A stretch of 64,000 nucleotides of DNA from NCBI GenBank assembly GCA_951406725.2, contig OX597827.1:63054001-63118000 (forward strand), written 5' to 3'. Numbering within the stretch: position 1 is the stretch's first letter; the number at the start of each line of letters is the position of its first letter. Source of the DNA: Octopus vulgaris. Taxonomy: Eukaryota. Both the position numbers and the translations under genes were made by a program. The notes beneath the pieces were generated by a model, which saw only the letters and a list, made by a program, of their open reading frames with translations, did not search any database and was not told the DNA's origin. This document shows, piece after piece, positions 13,467 through 25,853 of the stretch.

Positions 13467-13557
13467 CTTGGGAAATTTTCGAACCTAGGTATTCCTAACG
13501 TATTTTCCGATGTGATTATTATTATTATTATTATTATTATCATTATTATTATTATTG

Positions 13558-13635
13558 TTCAGGTCACTGCTTGGAATCGAACTCGGAGTCTTGGGGCTAG
13601 AAGCCCGCGCTCTTAACCACTACGCCATATGGCCG
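13558..13635 (-). mobile_element. Short tRNA-derived SINE fragment with (AAT)n tail
   Basis: Minus strand reads tggcgtagtggttaagagcgcgggc...gagttcgattcc, with A and B boxes. Confidence 0.7.
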
Positions 13636-14629
13636 TGTTTTATTGTATTTATATAATTAAATATTATTAAGACTTGTATTTAAAAATTTTAAATATTTTC
13701 TGTATTGTAAAAATATATCTAATTTATTACCGATAAATTTCATCAACAAAATCTTATATGGGCCCCCAAGGACATTATGGACTCAAGTTGAACACCAGTG
13801 GTCTAAAATATTGAAACTTGCCAATGAAGAACCCTCCGTGTAGTCAGTCGATCAGCTAGAAATAGAAGCCGAATCTTCTTCATATCACATCCTACCGTTT
13901 GAGATATTAAAATGTGTTGCTGTGAGGAATCCCCTACGTGGCCACTCGACCAGTTAGAAATAGAAACCGAATGCTTTACATATCATATCCTGCCGTCTTC
14001 AATATGGAAGTGTGTTGATGTGATGAACGCTCTATGTGGCTGTTCGACCAGCTACAAATAGAAGCTCGATCATCTTCATATCTCATCTGACCGTCTTCAA
14101 TATGAAAATGTGTCGATGTGCTGAACACTACGTAATCGATCGATTAGCTAGAAATATAAAGAAGCTAGATCGTCTTCATATAATAACTTACCACCTCAAA
14201 TATGGATATGTGTCAATGGGAGGAACCCTCTACGTGGTCGCTCGACCGGCTACAAAAAGAAGCCGGATGGCCCTCATATCACATCCTACCGTTTTGAATA
14301 TAAAAACGTGTCGATAAGAGAACGTCTATATGGTCGATTCACCGGCTAAAACCAGCAACAAAATCTTGCTCAAATCACACCACATTTTGTGAAATATAAA
14401 GCGAGTAACTGAAGGAGGGAACATACATTTGATCAATTCTCCAAAACTGCTAAAGTTTGTAGCCAAGTCAGTCAGTAATAGAGTGAAAATATACTTGATC
14501 GGTCCATAATAGCCACGTCGCCCTCAATTTAGATGGTGACTTGGCTATTCTTAAATACAGAATAGAGCCCATAAATTAGGGTTCTATTGCATTCATTTTT
14601 AAAATTTATTTACATATCTTTTATCAAGT

Positions 14630-14815
14630 GGAGGCACATGGCATAGTGGTTAGAGCAGCGGGGTCGAGGGATCGCGGGTTCGAATCTCAGACTTGACGAT
14701 GTGTGTGTTTATGAGCAAACACCTAAGCTCCGGCAGAAGGTAATGGCGAAACTTCTGCTGATTCTTTCGCCACAACTTTCTCTCACTCTTTCCTCTTGCA
14801 GCTCACCTGCGACGG
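14630..14815 (+). mobile_element. tRNA-derived SINE fragment
   Basis: tggcatagtggttagagcagcgg...gggttcgaatc. Confidence 0.65.
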
Positions 14816-14870
14816 ACCATAATATTTTATCAGCGACGGGAGCAGTATTAGTTAGAAATTATCATTCTGT

Positions 14871-15025
14871 ACAACGGGGTACTGAAAAGTTCCTGGCTTT
14901 TAGGTAAAAGAAAATACTGAAGATAGATTATGAATTTGTGTAACATATTCCCACTTCAGTTTGTCTTAACATTGTAAAAGAACCCGGAAGGTTGGGCCTA
15001 CAGCCAGGCCTTTCTCGATACTCTT
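14871..15025. mobile_element. Mariner-type terminal fragment
   Basis: tacaacggggtactgaaaagttcctggc resembles the TIR found at 5380-5405 and 20720-20748. Confidence 0.45.
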
Positions 15026-17750
15026 AAAGCTAAAAACATCCCTGCATCTCCTCGTGTATCTAACTTAATGTGGATATAATATTGTCGAAAGCCAGAAAAC
15101 AATAGTATTTGTTCTGAGAAGGCATCTCCTAGTCGTATATTGCTAAAAAGCATAAAAGCAGATGAAAATTGTTCAGTGCCAACCATGGAATTTCAGAATC
15201 TCGATTTATGCTTCTTTGAGCGTAATCACTAACAAAAAAGACCCCCCAAAAATCATAAATCTTGATCCCTGGTTTTTAGTACTATGCGTCTACACGACAT
15301 TCTTTCTGAAGACGAATACTGCAGTTTTTTGACTCTTAACTGTAAAACCACAATAAAATGAAGATATACAGAATGCTATGTTTATATACGTTTTTTGTTC
15401 TCAATTTTGTTGAAGTTCTGTTCCACATGAACACAATGCAGATTTTTCTATGCGACTATCAATTCTCAGAATCTCTAGATTTGATGAGATTTCCTGAAGA
15501 GATAATTGGTAGATTTACCAATGTATAAACTACCAAAATACTGCATCGAATAATGTTGGAGAGCCATTTCGTGGTTTTCCCACCCGCTAGAAATAGGAGC
15601 ATAATCTTCATCAAATCACATCCTAATGTCTTAACTATTAAATCCCTCGATGAAGGAGTCCTCATGAGGTGTCCAGAACTGCTAGAAAAAATGAGCTAAT
15701 CTTCCTTTACTTAAATCACAGCACATTGACTTCAATAAAAAAAGTCGATGAAAGAGTAAAAATATGTTTGACCGGTTCTCCAGGACCGACTGCTATAAAT
15801 AGTAGCCAAGTCACACCCAGTTCAGATCGGACCGTCTTAAATACAGCTGGGTCATAGTTGTGCCAACATGGATCTTCAAAGCTGTAACCCTACAAGATTA
15901 TATAGTCTTACTTGACTCAACCCACAAAAACGTGATGGTCACGGATTGAATGCACTTGGTCATTGTTGCTTTCTTTCTTTTATTCTTTCATTCATTTTTT
16001 TCCTTCAATTCCTTTCATGTCATTCTTTCGTTCATTTCTTCATCCTCTTTTTATTTTCATGCATTAATTTTTTTATTCGTACTTGTATCCATTCGTTCAT
16101 TCACTCATTCATTATTTTTCTTTCTCCTTTTATTAATTAATTCTTTTTACCTTTCTCTTTATTTCATCCATTCATTCTTTGTCCTTTCCTTATTTTTTCA
16201 CACATTCATAATTTTTCCCTGCGTCACAAAATCAGGGAAATCATCCATATGGACCAATGACTCGGGAAGGACCTTTGATGCTTCTTTTTGTACATGTTTT
16301 TTAACGTCTAGACAACAAAGCCTGCAATCACACTGGTACCCGGCTCTAGTGGTGGCCTACTACGATGGACCTTTCTCTTAGATAAAGATTGGTAAACATT
16401 GCGGAGGTGGGAGGTAGATATTTTGATCATATGGGACAGATCATAAACAAAAGGACAACATCAACAACATAAAATCATTTAAACCTTAATAAAGTAAGAA
16501 CCCTCTTATATCGACTCGTTTCTTTATTTCAAACGTTGAGACCTGGGGAGCATAAGCTGATTAAATGTATGTTCCTGTCTTCATTGAGTTGCTTTCATAT
16601 TTTCGGCAGTATGCCATGATTTAAGCAAGATTCGGTTGCCGGCTTTAGCAGATCGAGTAACATCATAGAGATTCGCTCAGCCACATGCTTTTTCTATTTA
16701 AGATGGTAGGATGTGATGTAAGAAAGATTCGGAACCTGCTAACTTTCGTCAAAGCATCTTGCTTAGGTCTACACATATATGTGTAGATGTGTGGTTAACG
16801 TTGAATAGATGAGGCCTTACATGAACTTAAACATTGCATGAAAAATGATGAACTAGAGGCCTCTGCTTCGTCGCATGAACTACAAAGAGTAGGAGCCGAT
16901 TCGTGCTCATATTACATTAAGGAGCCTTCAAAAAACCGGGCATATTACACAGTGTAGTACTAAGTAATTCTTTAAAGGTGATATGTTCAAGCTGCCGGGA
17001 TGTTGCCGGAGATGTTGCACAATTATGGGCAACCGTTTTCGAGAAGCGGGCCGCATGAGACTTGGCTCATCATCAGGTGGGCCGCGCTGCTAAACAATTC
17101 AAGGTAATTTTTCGTTCAGTATGCCATTTAGAAAATTCCGTGGGTCGCAGTTTTCTCATGATTACAGAAATGATTTACTGTTGAGCTGTGCGCTTCTGTG
17201 CGCAAAAATTTATCAAATAGGGGAAAATGTGCACAAACGTAGTTTTCAAGACGAAATAGGATTTCTTTCTTTAAGTGAAATAATTTGAGCGATGGTTACT
17301 TGCAAAGAAAGATAACTTTTGCCCAGAAGGCAAATATCTACGTAAACCACAGCCATAAATTTGAGGCAGCGTTTTAGCAGAGGTAAAATGAAGGAAATAG
17401 TAGAACAATTTTTAATAAATAAAGCCATACTGTCTGAAATGGCTCGACTACACAAATATAATTGGCCATTTCGAGTCCTGTAATTTCTGATATCTTTACA
17501 CGTTTCTAAAGTACACGCTCTATTTGGTGCTTAGTAAGTGACAACAAATACCTAGTAAAACAGCCTGGTTTGCGAAAATGAAGCAACATTCTCTCTTCCA
17601 ACTTCTTTATCGCCACTTTCTCTCATTTACTCTATATTTATGCATCCATCTATTTAGCTATCTGTCTGTCATCTTTCTCTCTCTCTCTTTCTCTCCCACC
17701 TTCTCTCTCTCTCTCCAGATGTATACATATACAAACACATGCATACATAC

Positions 17751-17800
<50 letters not shown>

Positions 17801-17867
17801 ACACATATATATGTCTGTCTGTCTATTTATCTATTTATCTATCTATCATTCTGTTATTCTGTTTGTC

Positions 17868-17916
<49 letters not shown>

Positions 17917-18294
17917 CTGCTTCATGCCATACATCACTAGGCATAATCATTCCAAGTAGGCAATCCTTCGGTGCTTTAGTTTATTTTAGAACTTAACCTA
18001 TGATTTATAATACAACCACAACAAGAAACACCAATATAAATCATACTTTATTTTTCGACGATTACGAACTTACACTGGCAATATCCATATAACTTGTGAA
18101 CAGCTGAATTTAATAACAACGATTTCTGTTAACAAACGGATGGGATTCGGACAAAAATATTTTGTCAAAATTAACTACTGAAATTATGAAAATTTGCAAA
18201 TGGCTCCAAAATATTCATGAATAATTTTGATGTTTCCCTTTTTTTCTAACGTTGATTCCTCTAAATATTTTAATATTGATAAAAATGTATTATA

Positions 18295-18860
18295 TTGGGT
18301 TGTCCGGAAAGTTCGTGCCGATTTATAGTAGCTTACATTTTGACTTATTTTAGAACCTGGTTGAGTTCATAAAGTAGGATTTGCCTAAACCTCCATTTAG
18401 AGCACAGTTTAAGCTATCTTTTCGTGGAAGAAGGTTTATGTTCCTATAACCTGGGTTAATTCTGTAACCCTTTAAAATGGAAGATAAGAAAGTTCATTTT
18501 CGGCACTTCATGCTTTGGGAACCAGATGAAAGTTGCTGCAGCACAGCTGGGGTGAGTTACCCCACCCTCCATATTCACCAGATATTGCTCTTTCGGATTT
18601 CCACTTATTCAGGACTCTGCAGAATAGTCTTAATGGTAAAAATTTCAATTCCTAGGATGACATAAAAAGATACCTTCACGTATGCTTTGCCACGAAACCA
18701 CCTCAATTCTGGGAAGAGGATATTTTCAAGTTAAAGGAAAGATGGAGACGTATTGTGCAACATAATTGTTCATATTTGGTTGATTAAAAATGTAATGGCA
18801 AGTACTTATGGACCTTTTTCTTTCCTTTAAAAATCGGTACGAACTTTCCGGACAACCCAA
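18295..18860 (+). mobile_element. Internally deleted mariner transposon
   Basis: TIRs ttgggttgtccggaaagttcgtgccgattt / aaatcggtacgaactttccggacaacccaa with TA flanks. The N-terminus MEDKKVHFRHFMLWE is joined to LPHPPYSPDIALSDFHLFRTLQNSL...ERWRRIV, the mariner YSPDLAPSD motif region. Confidence 0.9.
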
Positions 18861-19001
18861 TACATGCAGCTGCAAGTGAAGATACATTGACAATGTTGTG
18901 TTATATTAAGATTGTTAATATATAATAGTGATGTGGCGGCGAGCTGGGAGAATCGTCTGCACGCCAGGCAACATTTCGTCAGTTTTTATGTTCTGAGTGG
19001 G

Positions 19002-19325
19002 AAGGAGCGTGGCTCAATAGTTCGGGCATTTGGCTCACGATCGTATGGTCGTGAGTTCAATTTCCGGCGTTGCGTTGTGTCCTTGAGCAAAACAGTTTAT
19101 TTCACGTTTCTTCAGTCCACTCAGCTGGCAAAAAGGAGTAGTACCTGTATTTCAAAGGGCCAGCCTTGTCACACTGTGTGTAACTTGAACATCCCTGATA
19201 ACTACGATACGGATACACGTGTCTGTAGAGTGCTCAGCCACTTCTACGTCAATTTCACGAGCAGGCTGTTCCGTTGATCGTATCAGCTGGGACCCTCGTC
19301 CTCGTAACCGACAGAGTGCTCCTCT
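19002..19325 (+). mobile_element. SINE family C copy
   Basis: ggagcgtggctcaatagtt...gtgagttcaatt...gtgtccttgagcaa...cgtaaccgac. Confidence 0.8.
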
Positions 19326-19487
19326 TTTAAATGTTCTGAGTCAACTATGCCGGTCAACTTTCCCTTTATCAAGTTTGCCCTTGTCAGCTTAAACTTCAAC
19401 TTTGCCTTTGTCAACGTTGCCTTTCACGGAGATTTACTTGCATAGCACTTGACTTGATCTGAGGTAGTGTACTGAAACAAAAATAAT

Positions 19488-19677
19488 TGCAGCGTGGAAG
19501 GTGTTTATAAGCCATTTACAAACACACAAAAACAGTTAGATTCTATGAAATTTTGTAACTGAACAGGTCACGGTTTCAAAGCGATGAAAATAATTTGAAA
19601 AATTGAATTTAAATGTTGAAGTGAATCTAACGGTTTTTGTGTATTTTAAATGGCATATAAGCACCTTCCACGCTGCA
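19488..19677. mobile_element. MITE-like element with ~55-bp inverted repeats
   Basis: tgcagcgtggaaggtg...gttagattc / gaatctaac...caccttccacgctgca. Confidence 0.7.
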
Positions 19678-19681
19678 CTTT

Positions 19682-19786
<105 letters not shown>

Positions 19787-19787
19787 T

Positions 19788-20538
19788 AGAAATATTGAAT
19801 TTCTAAATGTCTCAGAGAGACATAAGCGGTGGTGAAGCGATATAGTAGTCGTATACTGTCAACTCAATGTGACAGTCCCGTGAGGGAATTACACCACCGC
19901 CATTTAGCCCTAGGAAACATCGACGTCTGTCGGCTTTGACACATTTTTTGTGTCCTTATATTTGCAAAGAGGAGGCAATGACCCCGCAAGCCGGGACAAG
20001 GCACCTGAACACATATGTTTCTGAGTGTATTGCTCATCGTCATTTCAGGGTAGCCACTATATCGCTTCACCACCGCTTATCTCTCTCTGAGACATTTAGA
20101 AATTCGATATTTCTAATTTCGGTGATCAGTAAATAAATTTTACTGATAATATGATATATTTGCAGAGAGGTTGCAGTCATCTCAGCGAGCGAGGCAGGCT
20201 ACTCTGAACTGACGATGAGCAATACACTCAGAAACATGTCTTCAGGTGCCTTGTTCCGGCTTTCAGGTGTCATTGCCTCCCCTTTGCAAATATAAGGATA
20301 CAGAAAATATGTCAAAGCCGACAGGAGACGTCGATGTTTTCTAGGGCTAGATGGCGGTGGTGTAATTCCCTCACGGGACTGTCACATTGAGTTGACAGTA
20401 TACGACCACTATATCGCTTCACCACCGCTTATGTCTCTCTGAGACATTTAGAAATTCAATATTTCTAATTTCGGTGATCAGTAAATAAATTCTACTGATA
20501 ATATGATATATTTGCAGAGAGGTTGCGGTCATCTCAGC
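19788..20538 (+). mobile_element. Hammerhead-bearing 352-bp unit: ~1.4 direct copies plus an inverted partial copy (retrozyme-like or Penelope pLTR-like)
   Basis: actatatcgcttcacc occurs at 20056 and 20408 (period 352). Segment 19788-20055 is the reverse complement of ~20197-20468. Confidence 0.8.
20204..20245 (+). ncRNA. Intact type I hammerhead ribozyme
   Basis: ctgaa-CTGACGA-TGAG-caataca-CTCA-GAAAC-AT-GTC-ttcag. All core nucleotides are present, with a 5-bp stem I, 4-bp stem II and palindromic ACATGT stem III. Cleavage is predicted after C20240. Confidence 0.85.
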
Positions 20539-20539
20539 A

Positions 20540-20675
20540 ATAAGTGTAGGAATCTAAGAGGCGACTATGTTAGATAAGTGTAGGAATCTAAGAGGCGACT
20601 ATGTTAGATAAGTGTAGGAATCTAAGAGGCGACTATGTTAGATAAGTGTAGGAATCTAAGAGGCGACTACGTTAG
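20540..20675 (+). repeat. 34-bp minisatellite x4, derived from a mariner transposase C-terminus
   Basis: ataagtgtaggaatctaagaggcgactatgttag x4. It reads NKCRNLRGDYVR* and runs into a mariner 3' end and TIR that ends at 20748. Confidence 0.85.
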
Positions 20676-21149
20676 ATAAAGTCATAATTAACTGATACTG
20701 CGGTATTTTCTTTTACCCAAAGCCATGAACGTTTTGGCACACCCTCGTGTCTGAAGATCAATAGTTTTGTATATAAGGTTTTGATGCTAATGTACTTAGG
20801 AGTGTAATGTTTACATAGAATGTATAGTATCTCTCTCTCTCTCGCTCTATTTAGGCTTTAGACTTCTATACCACTTAACTTATCGAACATTGAGTTATCT
20901 CAAGACGTGATCAAGATATTACTGCAAAATGAAGGACAAAAGCAAAGGAGGTGAAGCCATGATGCCATAAAAAGTCCTTGTTTCAGACATTTTCAGTAAC
21001 TACCAGATATGTGTATGTGTGTGTTTGTGCTCGTACGCAGACACACACACACATACACACATATATATATATATATATAATATAATATATATGAAAAAGT
21101 ATATTTTTATGTTAAGTTATATAAGAAAATATATATATTCTTTTATACT

Positions 21150-21350
21150 TTTATTATTTTATTCGTTTCAAGCATTCGGCTGCAGCCATGCTGGAGCACC
21201 GCCTGTAGTCGAGCAAATCGACCCCAAGATTTATTCTTTGTAAGCTTACTACTTATTTTATCTCTCTTTTGCCGAACCGCTAAGTTACGGGGAAATAAAC
21301 ACACCAGCATCGGTTGTCAAGCGATGTCGAGGTGACAAACATAGACACAC
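21150..21350 (-). mobile_element. SINE family B 3' portion
   Basis: gccatgctggagcaccgcc...aaacacaccagcatcggttgtcaagc. Confidence 0.75.
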
Positions 21351-21358
21351 AAACATAT

Positions 21359-21394
<36 letters not shown>

Positions 21395-21464
21395 GCACAC
21401 ACACACACACGCACACACACGCACACATATATATGTGTGTGTGTGTATACGACATAGAAATCTA

Positions 21465-21676
21465 TTCTTTCTTTTGCCCTTGTTTGTGTATCGTTGGTGA
21501 TTTTTTTCCTCAGTTTTCCCTTCCTTGGATCTTTCCTTTTCCTATGTTTCTGACGAAGAGCTCCGCTCGAAACGTTAACTCCTTCTCCTTTCTTTCTTTT
21601 CCTGAGCGTCCATTAACATTATACTTGTTCTAGGTCCTCGCGTTGTTGTGTTTGTTGTGTTTTCATGTTTGGATTA

Positions 21677-21682
<6 letters not shown>
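21465..21682 (+). mobile_element. Family H repeat with a hammerhead motif at 21486-21520
   Basis: gtttCTGACGAaGAGCtccGCTCGAAACGTTaac, followed by a (TA)n tail. Confidence 0.75.
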
Positions 21683-21718
<36 letters not shown>

Positions 21719-21737
21719 TATACACACACACACGCAG

Positions 21738-21875
<138 letters not shown>

Positions 21876-21896
21876 GATCATCCCATAACTATATTT

Positions 21897-21938
<42 letters not shown>

Positions 21939-21944
<6 letters not shown>

Positions 21945-23133
21945 CATCCCATAACTAATGCGGTTTTTATGCTTCCTTTATTTTTCAAAATGAAGATAAA
22001 AGTCTTTAATATAACACATACTCTCCTTCATTCACTTGCAAAATTCCCTTGTCCGTGACAAAAAATGCTCCTCCAGTACTGTTCTGACCTCGTCTACAGA
22101 ATTCATAGTTTTTCCGTCCAAACGATTTTGAAAACTGCGAAATAAATGAGAATCAGATGGGGCAATATCCGGTGATCTGATGGCTGGGGCATGGCTTCCC
22201 ATTTAGACTGCTCCAGCCTTTGGAATGTCATTCTCGTTATATGTAGCGGAGCATTATCCTGATGGAAGAACACTTTTCGTCTTTAAACCAAAGATGGTCG
22301 TTTTTCTTCTAGCGCTGACTTAAGCCGCCGAAGTTGCTCACAGATGATCTCTTTTGTTATCGTCTGGTTTTGGTTTAAAAGTTCAAAGTGGAATAAACCT
22401 TTCATATCCCACCAAACAAATAAAATTGCCCTGCATAAGTGAAAACCTTTAGCCTGCGACACCAGTGTCTCTCATTTCCATACCCACAGACTTCGGTGCT
22501 TCACATTTTTATAGAGAACCCATTTGTCGTCACCAGTCAGTATTCGGTCCACAAAAGGTTCATTTGTGAGATGTCACAGCAAAGAAGAGAACACATCCAC
22601 TCTCTGCGCGCGATTAGACTCGGAAAGTTTATGCGGGACCCGCTGACCCAATTTGCTGACTTTTCCTATGGTACGCAGGTGGCAATGAACGGTTGAATGA
22701 ACAAATTCAAGCTTCTCTGCTAGTTCCTCAACAGTTACGATGGGATATTGTTCCACCAGGATTTGCAGGACGTCCTCATCAAGCTCTACAGATCATCCAG
22801 GACGAACTCGTATTCTAGGCTGTAGTTTCCGGTTCGGAATTTCTGGAAACACCGTTGAGACCGGCTTACGCTTATCATCCGATCTCCATATACTCCATTA
22901 ATATTCCTCGCATTTTCCATGGCGTTGTCGCCTTTATTGGACTCATAAAGAAGAATATACCAAATATGCCACTTTGTCACTTCCATTATAGCTTTGAAAA
23001 GATAACTGTTAAAATCGAACTGCATTCTTCAAAATTTGCTCTAAGAATAAGGGCAAGGTAAAATTATTACCTGCTTTTATAGTAAGTTGATGCAGGTAGC
23101 TTAAGCAACTGTATTATTATTGGGATAACCTAA
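21939..23133 (-). pseudogene. Near full-length mariner element with a disrupted DDD transposase
   Basis: Minus-strand segments MEVTKWHIWYILLYE..., GQRVPHKLS, DRILTGDDKWVLYKN, FFHQDNAPLH and PDIAPSDSHLFRS. Imperfect TIRs ttggatcatcccata / tattgggataacctaa with TA flanks. Frameshifts are present. Confidence 0.9.
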
Positions 23134-23161
23134 TACATAGATATATACAGAGAAAGAGAGA

Positions 23162-23194
<33 letters not shown>

Positions 23195-23359
23195 GCAGAC
23201 AAACAGACAGACAGAGAAAAAAGAATTTTGTGTTTACTATCCGAGAATGTTAGGGTAAATTTGGGTGAAGAAAAAGGAAATGAAGACATATTTTGGTAGA
23301 GACAAAGTTAAGGAAATCTTTAAGCAGGTAGGAAGGAAGAGAAGGATAGATGGAGAGAA

Positions 23360-23392
<33 letters not shown>

Positions 23393-23981
23393 GACAGGGA
23401 GAGAGAAAAAAAGGTAGAGAGAAGACATAATATGAAAATAATGAAGAAGAGCGAATTAAGGTAACAAGATTAAGAATAACTAAAAGAAGACAAACGGAAT
23501 ACAAGAAGAAAATATTAGAAGACTTATAGGAAAAACATTAAGATTTTCCCAAAGACGGCAGAAATAAACACAGTCTTTTCCTTTTTTTATCTATAGACAT
23601 ATATGCACTAATGTAGCATATATGTATGTGCTTGTGTGTCGTGTGTGTATATGTACGTCAATGTATGTGTGTGTTGTGTGTGTAATAGGTACATAAAAAT
23701 ATGCATATACGAATGAATACACATGCACCACACACGTAACAACTGCACATATAGCAAAGCTGTGTGTGCATTATAGACTTACTTGCATACACTCAAACAG
23801 ACAAAATACCAGCATGTTGTTTTTGCAGCAACAACGTACAACATCCGTTTGAAGAACGGCCCTGGGCTAAATATGAATATATGAATATATTACTGACGTT
23901 GAGTACAGTTTTATATTTCAAACTAGTGAATGTTCTCCCCAAAAACATTTCGTAGCTTGATATTTCATTACGTCATGTCTA

Positions 23982-24190
23982 CTCTTTCACTCTTTTACTC
24001 GTTTCAGTAATTTGACTACGGCCATGCTGGAGCACCGCCTTTAATCGAGCAACTTGACCCTGGGACTTATTCTTTTGTAAGCCCAGTACTTATTCTATCG
24101 GTCTCTTTTGGCGAACCGCTATGTGACGGGGACGTAAACACACCAGCATCGGTTGTCAAGCAATGCTAGGGGACAAACACAGACACACAA

Positions 24191-24235
<45 letters not shown>

Positions 24236-24392
24236 CGACAGGTTTCTTTCAGTTTCCGTCTACCAAATCCACTCACAAGGCATTGGTCGGCCCGGGGCTA
24301 TAGCAGAAGACACTTCCCCAATATGCCACGCAGTGGGACTGAACTCGGAACCATGTGGTTAGTTAGCAAGGTACTTACCACACAGCCACTGC
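23982..24392 (-). mobile_element. Full-length SINE family B copy
   Basis: The tail, internal (CA)/(TA) tract and tRNA-like head (gtggctgtgtggtaag...gagttcagtccc on the minus strand) are all present. Confidence 0.85.
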
Positions 24393-24489
24393 TGTCTATT
24401 ACTTATTACGTATATACATGCACATATATATATACACAGACACAGGTGCATATACACACGTATATGCATCTGCAAGTATATATACATAA

Positions 24490-24585
<96 letters not shown>

Positions 24586-24589
24586 ATAT

Positions 24590-24790
24590 AAAGTTAAGTT
24601 AATCCAAACATGAAAATACGAAGAGAAAACACAACGACGCGTGGACGTGGAACACGTATAGTGTTATTGGACGCTCAGGAAAGGAGAGATTTTACATTTC
24701 GAGAGGAGCTCTTCGTCAGAAACATAGGAAAAGGGAAGATCCAAGGAAGGGAAGACGGAGGTAAAAATTCGCCAACGATACACACGCGAA
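24590..24790 (-). mobile_element. Family H repeat with a variant hammerhead at 24689-24723
   Basis: gtttCTGACGAaGAGctcctCTCGAAATGTAaaat. Confidence 0.7.
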
Positions 24791-24841
24791 TAATAATTAT
24801 AATTATAATAATAGGGAATATAATTCCAAAAATTACATATA

Positions 24842-25226
24842 TCTATTATATAAAATCCGTTCTGTCTGTCTGTGTGTGTGTCTTCTAGGATCTCGGGCAT
24901 CCTCCATCCAATTGCACTCAAATTTGATATGAAGATACCGACGGTATCAGGGCGTTTATAAATCTTGAAAAAATTACAAAAACCGATTCCAGGTGAGAAT
25001 GCGATCGATAGAGCCGTAGGAACGTTCATTTGTACGTGCAAGTATATCAGCTGTTGTAAGGTGTTGCACATTTTCTCAGAACAACTTGTCCGACCGTCCC
25101 ATAGGCCTCCCCTTTGAGAAACACTGATTTAACCTGAATTTGAAACACCAGCAAAAGAAGAAATAAAAATAGACTATTTTTCTATTCCAACTCAGCACCG
25201 TCCATTGGACGGGGAGCGTTTTGCTC

Positions 25227-25227
<1 letters not shown>
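24842..25227 (+). mobile_element. Non-autonomous Helitron
   Basis: 5' end A|TCTATTATATAAAA. 3' hairpin ccgtccattggacgg followed by CTCG|T, a CTAG variant. Confidence 0.6.
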
Positions 25228-25272
<45 letters not shown>

Positions 25273-25293
25273 AATAATAATAATAATAATAAC

Positions 25294-25339
<46 letters not shown>

Positions 25340-25482
25340 AATATAATTCCAAAAGTTACAGGGAAAAATTCAATTTAACAATTTTAAATCAAATTTCACA
25401 AGATATGTGATGTGAATAACATCTTTCATTATTGAATTATTTAATAGAGGTTTTTCTTTAAATGATACACACACATACACAC

Positions 25483-25550
<68 letters not shown>

Positions 25551-25554
25551 TATA

Positions 25555-25765
25555 AAATTACTGTACATTAAACACAAAAGAGGTGACCATAACAGAGCCC
25601 CTTACATGCTAGAAGGAACAGTGTAAGGTGCCCTGTTATGGTCATGTCTTTTGTGCTTAAATGTACACTTATTTTATATGAAAAATATGTTGTCTACTGC
25701 CTATTTAAACATGCTAGCCACTGGTAGAAAAATTTCTATAATTTTCCTACCTTGTATATTTTCTT
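25555..25765. repeat. Foldback (hairpin) element, short form
   Basis: tgtacattaaacacaaaagaggtgaccataacag / ctgttatggtcatgtcttttgtgcttaaatgtaca. Its tail is shared with 51578-52010. Confidence 0.6.
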
Positions 25766-25790
25766 ATACGTACATATATATACATACATA

Positions 25791-25853
<63 letters not shown>

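Larger units (their letters stand above)
13247..13800. mobile_element. hAT (Charlie-type) MITE with nested insertions
   Basis: TIRs cagtggttctcaa / ttgaacaccagtg. Perfect 8-bp TSD GTCTAAAA at 13239-13246 and 13801-13808. Confidence 0.8.
12330..14400 (+). repeat. Degenerate tandem repeat: ~98-bp units, plus ~360-bp higher-order units at 12340-13100
   Basis: The agctagaaatagaagccg...catatcacatc motif recurs near 12340, 12699, 13063, 13854, 13952, 14050, 14146, 14248 and 14344. Confidence 0.75.

Noticed and set aside
14630-14700. Possible tRNA gene
   Set aside because: It has A and B boxes but no complete cloverleaf, and it continues into a SINE body.
17050-17080. CTGATGA-TGAG...CTCA on the minus strand
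   Set aside because: It is not followed by GAAA and has no stem I or III. It lies in a hAT-like fragment.
20540-20675. CRISPR-like 34-bp repeats
   Set aside because: There are no spacers, the context is eukaryotic, and the unit derives from a mariner end.
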